Source of the DNA: the human T2T-CHM13v2.0 reference genome, Homo sapiens
Assembly (NCBI RefSeq): GCF_009914755.1
Contig: NC_060932.1
Strand: one strand, 5' to 3'
Length of the DNA: 64,000 bases
Shown here: positions 52,921 through 64,000 of the stretch, piece after piece
How positions within the stretch are numbered: the stretch's first letter is position 1
How the letters are laid out: every line of letters starts with the position of its first letter
Translations under genes and position numbers: made by a program
Notes under the pieces: model-generated
Told to the model about the DNA's origin: nothing
Database searches by the model: none
The model's input: only the letters and a program-made list of their open reading frames with translations

Positions 52921-53701
52921 TTAAATACTGCAACATGTTGCCTAGGAATCTTATAGTAAATCTGTCTGTACTGATCATGAAACAAGTTGCTGAGGAATTC
53001 TATTTTTAAATTCTGCTGTTCCATTGGGCCAGAAAAAAAGGAAAATAAAATGTAGTTTGGATTAACAATATAAATGTGGGCTTTGTATACACAGAACTAA
53101 AAGCAGGAGAAAGTCAACCTTACCCTAACCCTTCTTGAAATTTATCCATCATTCTCAAAAAATTTATCAATAATACATTGTGAGTTAGCACAAAAATAAT
53201 AAATTGTACTGCTTTATGAGAGTGGAGGAATCTATAATTGTATAATTCCATACCTCTTACACGTTGTGCTGGTGTTGTCTAAATTGCATTATTATGTATG
53301 CTACAAGCCCATGGTTCATTGCTATTGTTTTTGCTTTACAAAGTTAGTAATCATTTATGTTGTATATGGTGTATTTATATGTCAACTTAGAATTTTACCC
53401 AGTGGATGTATACTTCATTATTTATATATAAAAATACATCATATATGGAATATATAAATATATTTATGTATATAAATACATTTGTAATTATACATATAAC
53501 TATATGATTAATGTATTCACATATAAGTAGCTATTAAACATATTAAATTAATGTGGTATATAACATGTATTAAATACATTAAATGTAATTATGTATATTT
53601 ACATAAAAATATATGTAGTATGTTGTATATAACATACTATATATATTATGTATACTCACTGGATAGAATTCTAAGTTGACAGATTCTTATTTCGGCACTT
53701 T

Positions 53702-57853
<4,152 letters not shown>

Positions 57854-57863
57854 AAACACTGTT

Positions 57864-58200
<337 letters not shown>

Positions 58201-60659
58201 AGAAGTCAATAAAATATCATTCCATTGGCTTCTGTTCATCATTATTTACAGAGAAAAGTCAGTCATTATTTTTATCACTGTTCCCTAGTATGTGTCTTTT
58301 TTCTTTGACTGCTCTTAGATCTGCTGTTTACTACTACTTTAGGCTGTTTGATTACAGTGCACCTGAGATGGAGGGGCTCTTTGTAATTATCCTGCTTGGA
58401 GTTCCTTGACCTTCTTAGGTGTACAGGTTGATGCCTTTGAACCGTTCATTAGCCTATGTATCCTCAAATGTTTCTCCTGCTTCACCATCTCCCTTGTCTC
58501 TTCTGGGACATTCTACACATTACTTATATTTTAAAGCATTTGCTGTTGTATGCCAGATCTAGGATGCTCTGTTCTGTTTTTCTTTCACCCATTTTGTCTT
58601 TGTGTTTTCGTCTGAACACTTTCCATTGATGTGTCTTTAAGTTCACTGATCTTTGCCCTTACCATGTTCAGTCTTCTGCTAATCCATTTAATAAACTATT
58701 TCCAGTATTGTGTTTTTTATTTCTTGCATTTTGATTTGGTTCTTTTTTATAGCTTCCATGTCTCCGCTGAAATTTCCGATCTCTTCCCACAGGTATTCTC
58801 CTTTCCACTAGACCCTTTAGGATTTTTATCATAACCCCTTTAGCCTCTCTGTCTGGTAATTCCAACATCTAGATCATCTCTGGTACTGTTTGCTATTGTC
58901 TGTTCCTGTCTTGACATTGTATTACCATTTTCTTACCTTTTTCTGCTCTCATTACATACAAAAGAACACTACATACTGAAGGAAGTAATGTTTGCTTCCA
59001 GAAAGGTGCACTCCTGTTTTTCTGTGACGCCGTGAGACTGGGGGATAAATCAATCTCATCTGAGTTAGACTAGATTGAGATAATTCTGTTGTAGTTTTAG
59101 TTTTATTCAGTTCACCGCTAGCTTCAAATATCTTAAGGACAGGATAGGCACTTTTCCCGTTTTATCAGAAATGGAGGTCTCAGCACAGGTGAGGTTCTGG
59201 GGATTTGCCTGTGACTCACAGCTGAGCCATCAGCTTTCAGATATGTGGAAGACCTCTCCTTGCTTTACAACTAGGCTGACAAATCCTTGGTCGTTAATAC
59301 ATTGTCTTTGCCTTCAAGTCCTGCCCACTGCTCTCTGCACCTTGGGAGTTTGCTTTCAGTCCTGTTGCCATTCTTCCGGTCTTCAGAGGTCTTGGGAAGA
59401 TCTGGAATGCCTTGGGAGTTCTTTCTTATTTTTAGTTCATTTAGATTTCTTTGTGTTATTAGTTCTATAACGGCTATTAGTACTATGTTTTCTCTTGGTA
59501 ATTAGGTGGAAGTTATAATCTCATAACTTTTAAAATCTAAATCAAAAGTGGGAGCATTTTACTCATTGTTATTGTTGTTATTCATGGTGCCTTGTGCCCG
59601 TATAGTTGAATGTCATATAGGAAAGCAAGATTTATATCTAATCAGCTTACTCTATGTGGTGTCTAGAGCCATGATGCATATTTTTTCACCATGGTCCCAA
59701 ATAATTTCCTCCTTACAGGTCATGCTATGTGTCACAACCCTCATGATTCCACAGTTTGCCGAAACTTCTTAGCACTCCTTTATGAGTCTCCCACCTCCTT
59801 GGGACTCATTTTCAATTTTGCAACTGTATTAGGTGCGGGGTCTTGTCTCTCTCTCCTGCTTATGTGTGTGTGTAAACACACACATGCACACTCACCAGGA
59901 AGATACAACAATTTATCCACTCTGGAATCTGGCTTCTGAGTCAGTATTTTCATGCCATTCCCACTGACTTGTAGGATTAGTTCTTGTGTCGTGTCAACAA
60001 AGCATCTCACCATAGACTAACTTTCTTAACACATTTAGGAAAAGCCAGGAAAAGAAGTAATTTGGAACCTGAAAAAACTTGAAAGGGGGACAACTGACTT
60101 TTAGCTCTTTCCCTGGAAATATTGTAGGGCCTGGAGGACCTTTCTCAGCTTTGGAATCAACCTATATCCCAAGGATATGGCTGGTGAAGGGACAGCCAGA
60201 GATGAATGTTGCTAGGCCTCTTAAAATGGCCCTGAGCTGAGCAGGTCAACAGCTATGGGAAAAGGGGAGGCAAAAAATGTACTCAGTTCATGGCAAGAGC
60301 CTGGAAACAGGTAAAGGACAGGGAGGAGGTAAAGAGGGGACTCCGACGTAGCTGTGCCAGCCGTGGCTCCCTGGCCCAGAACTGATGGTTCTGATTATTT
60401 CCCACTGGATGCCACCATTTGCCATACAACATTAGAACCCCACTATTCAGTTCAAATCATTTCCTTTCAATTCAATGCAATTCAGTTTCATTCAATCTGA
60501 CATATTAAGTATGAATTAAGTAACTACTCTATGTCTAATGCTGTGTTAGTCACTGTGATGATTGCAGAAAAAGCATTGTGCAAAATGGCTCTGTTCTTAA
60601 GGAGATTGTGAGTATAATCCTACTACAGAAATAAGAATGACTCAATGTTCAGCTAAAAT

Positions 60660-60790
60660 TAGAGAACAAAGTAAGAGAACTGGACTGCAGGATCAGGGTT
60701 TTAATTCCTGATCCACAACTTAGTGATGGGGCCACTTAATCTCTCTGTACCTCACTTTCTTCCTCTGTAAAATGAGGGATTGTAATAGAT
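60660..60790 (+). mobile_element. MIR SINE
   Basis: ccacttaatctctctgtacctcactttcttcctctgtaaaatgaggga. Confidence 0.75.
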
Positions 60791-61650
60791 CAGTGGTTCT
60801 CAAACTTACTGCACTTAATATCCCTTTTATAACAAATAATTTGTAATGCCTCATTTACCAAACTGAAATGAAATTTGCAGATTTTATACTTAGATATGTA
60901 ATAAAAATCAGTATAATACCCTAAGTATAATATAAAGAAGGAATAAAAAGCAAGCATTTTAAAATAAATAATATGCACTTTAATATGTAAATTTTCAGAT
61001 ATAGCTACAATAGAAGATGTAATGAAGTACTTGGGTGGTTGCACCTACTTACAATGAATAAGTTTGAGTTTAAGAGGCATTGAGAAGATCAGAAGCAGTC
61101 TGTGCTGGAAGTACATGAAATAAAGGAACAGAGGTACACACACTCATATTCTAGAACTAAAATCCATGTAAGGGTAACAAGTAACAGACTAGACTTATTT
61201 GCACATAAAAAGAGAAAGTGGGAAACAGCTTTAACTGAAGCAAGGACAATGTGCCAACTCTAATTATAAGCTGCATGTAGAAGTAGGGAAAATGAATATT
61301 CTTACAGATGAGCTGGGCCTTATTTATAAACATGGTGTCAAAATAATGCCTGATGTTGTGACGGGATGGGAGAGTGACAGGGCATCACGGAACATACACC
61401 TTCCATGTGAAGTCCCACCATATGTTAAGGCGTGCATTCATGCATGGAGTCTCTGGTTTTCTGGTGGGGCACTTGAGATTTATGTAGGATATGAGGCAGT
61501 TCCTTGTTTTGCAGGACTGTCCCATCACTGTCGGACTTTTGTTCTCTTTCCAGCACATGCTAATAGTGCTCTATAATTATAGTGGTAACCAAGAATACCC
61601 CCATGTGTTTTCAAAATACCTCGCCCATGAAGAAGTTATCATGTTTGAAG
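60791..61650. mobile_element. hAT-Charlie DNA transposon fossil(s)
   Basis: Begins with the Charlie-type terminus CAGTGGTTCTCAAAC. MER20-like segment at about 61480-61640. Confidence 0.5.
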
Positions 61651-61837
61651 CTCTGTCAGTCTACTATTCTGATATTTCAGAGTCAAATGAGTGGGATGGA
61701 TAATAAACTCAATGGCAAGTCATGATGGGGATGATCAGTGAGAACAGAACCATCGTGATGGAGGAAGCAGGCCTCAAATTGGTCTAGAAGGATGAGCAGA
61801 ATTTGGCTAGCAAGAGTGGAAGAAAATGTTGATAAAT

Positions 61838-62149
<312 letters not shown>

Positions 62150-63536
62150 AAAATGTTGATCAAGATTGCAGGGGAGGCTCCTAAATAACATAAATATTAA
62201 TATGTTGACAACCCCTGAGTCTTGTCTTCCCATAACTCCAATATCCAGATTCTACATTATACCTACATGTTCAGTGCAACTGATCACAAATTGAGAGGGG
62301 CTCTAAGTACATTAAAAGGAATATATTGCATTCATTAACACTCCCCAATTTTAGACTTTTTGTGAATTCAAATTTACTTTAAAATGGCAGTGATTCTGAA
62401 TTACAGAGATTTCTAGTCAACCAAAGAAAAATTTTCAAAACACAGTCACATGGGGCAAAATAAAGGAGAGGGGTTCCAAACCCAGGTCTCCTGGGACCCC
62501 TCAACTCTTCTTGATTTGCAGAGTATCAATGAGAGTTTCCATTCTGAAAATACACAGCTACCCTCTAACTGACACTCCATTGAATATCTCTGCAGATGAT
62601 GCTGAGATTTAGGCTTTTAAGAGCAGCTTGGGAACCTTTTTGTTACAAACAGAGTTTTGATGATAGCTCTTAAGACTGAGGAAATATGGCATCATGCTCA
62701 AGTGCCTTAATAGCTGAAGGAGCAACAGAATCAAGCACACCTGAGATGACCCTCACTGTTGGTGCTTCAGAGGAGCAGTTGTGGGCGGCAGGCACAGTTA
62801 GAAAAACAAAAGAGAGCTTCAGGAAGAAGCTTTGGCTGCCTTGGCAGTAAGGCCAGTTCCTGGGGATTTGAAGGAGTTGTGCACCTCAGCATCCCAGGAG
62901 AAGGGAAATAAATCAGCGAGATCTCATGGTGTTGTGTACTTCATAACCACATCTCCTGCACCTCTCCCTGAGATACTGCAGGAGGGATTCAAAGCTTCAG
63001 AACCCTCTCTCCTGGCCATGTGACAAATCAGGGTAGTAGCAGTGTTGGGGAAATCTGGGTTCTATGTTCATTTTTTCCAGGTGGCTCTTTAAACCCACTC
63101 ATCACTGTGTGATTTCTGGGAAACATACAAAGGAGGAAAAAGGGAGGATGCTATAGAAAGAAGGAGGCATGCAAAGAGAACAGAAACCAGAAGTTATGAT
63201 GGGATAGAACTGGAATGAGCGTTGCGTGCCAAGTCGGATGCCTGGTTCCTGGTTTGGCTGGTCATCACTGTCTGCGTGGTCTCCCAAGTCCTCCAGCATC
63301 ACGTCAGAGCCTGCCAGTCGCATCTGATGTTGCTCACCCCTTGCTCTCTGTACCCTAGTATCTCCTTTCCTTCTCAGTTCCTCAAAACCCCTTCACTCCT
63401 GTGAACCAATTCACTGTACATGCACTAACTTCTCAGGGGACAGACTCCCCAGACCCCTTGGTGGTCAGTCCATATCTTTTCTCTGACTAACACCTACTCA
63501 AGGAGTAGACAGTGTACCTAGCGAGTAATTGAGGAG

Positions 63537-63838
<302 letters not shown>

Positions 63839-64000
63839 TTTGAAGGGACTTTATTAAAGAAAGTATGGGCAGATTTAGCGGAACCGAAAAGGTGTGGTGA
63901 GCCGCAGGAACTGGCCCAGTGGGAAGTCTTCATTTCACATAAGCCTATAGGGGCAACCAGAGGAGCAGGCAGTGGTTCTCTTGGAGCTTTGGCTGTGGGA

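Overview
Primate (most likely human or another ape) non-coding euchromatic DNA, roughly half interspersed repeats. No host protein-coding exon, RNA gene or CRISPR array can be supported. All short ORFs are Alu, L1, LTR or low-complexity artefacts. The only real coding remnant is ORF2 of a 5'-truncated, disabled L1PA2/3-type LINE-1 on the minus strand (53702-57627). Other repeats recognised by eye: 14 Alus (J/S/Y), solo LTRs (THE1C, MSTA, MER57-like, MER61-like, MLT2A nested in MLT1, LTR16-like), old L1M/L2/MIR fragments and DNA-transposon fossils (MER82, MER94, hAT, Tigger1). Family names come from recalled consensus sequences, not from a search, and boundaries of old elements are approximate. 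The most distinctive signal is a series of locally templated insertion and template-switch scars. These include a MIR segment copied about 1 kb into an L1, a two-template patch inside another L1, a hairpin-unit 26-bp VNTR between two copies of a 45-bp sequence, fold-back edits in several Alus and in the L1PA 3'UTR, and an inverted duplication around a TA-rich tract. There is also a TSD-flanked solo poly(A) insertion and a few candidate enhancer-like motif clusters. I see no evidence for a new gene system. Whether the scar density is unusual needs a background comparison.
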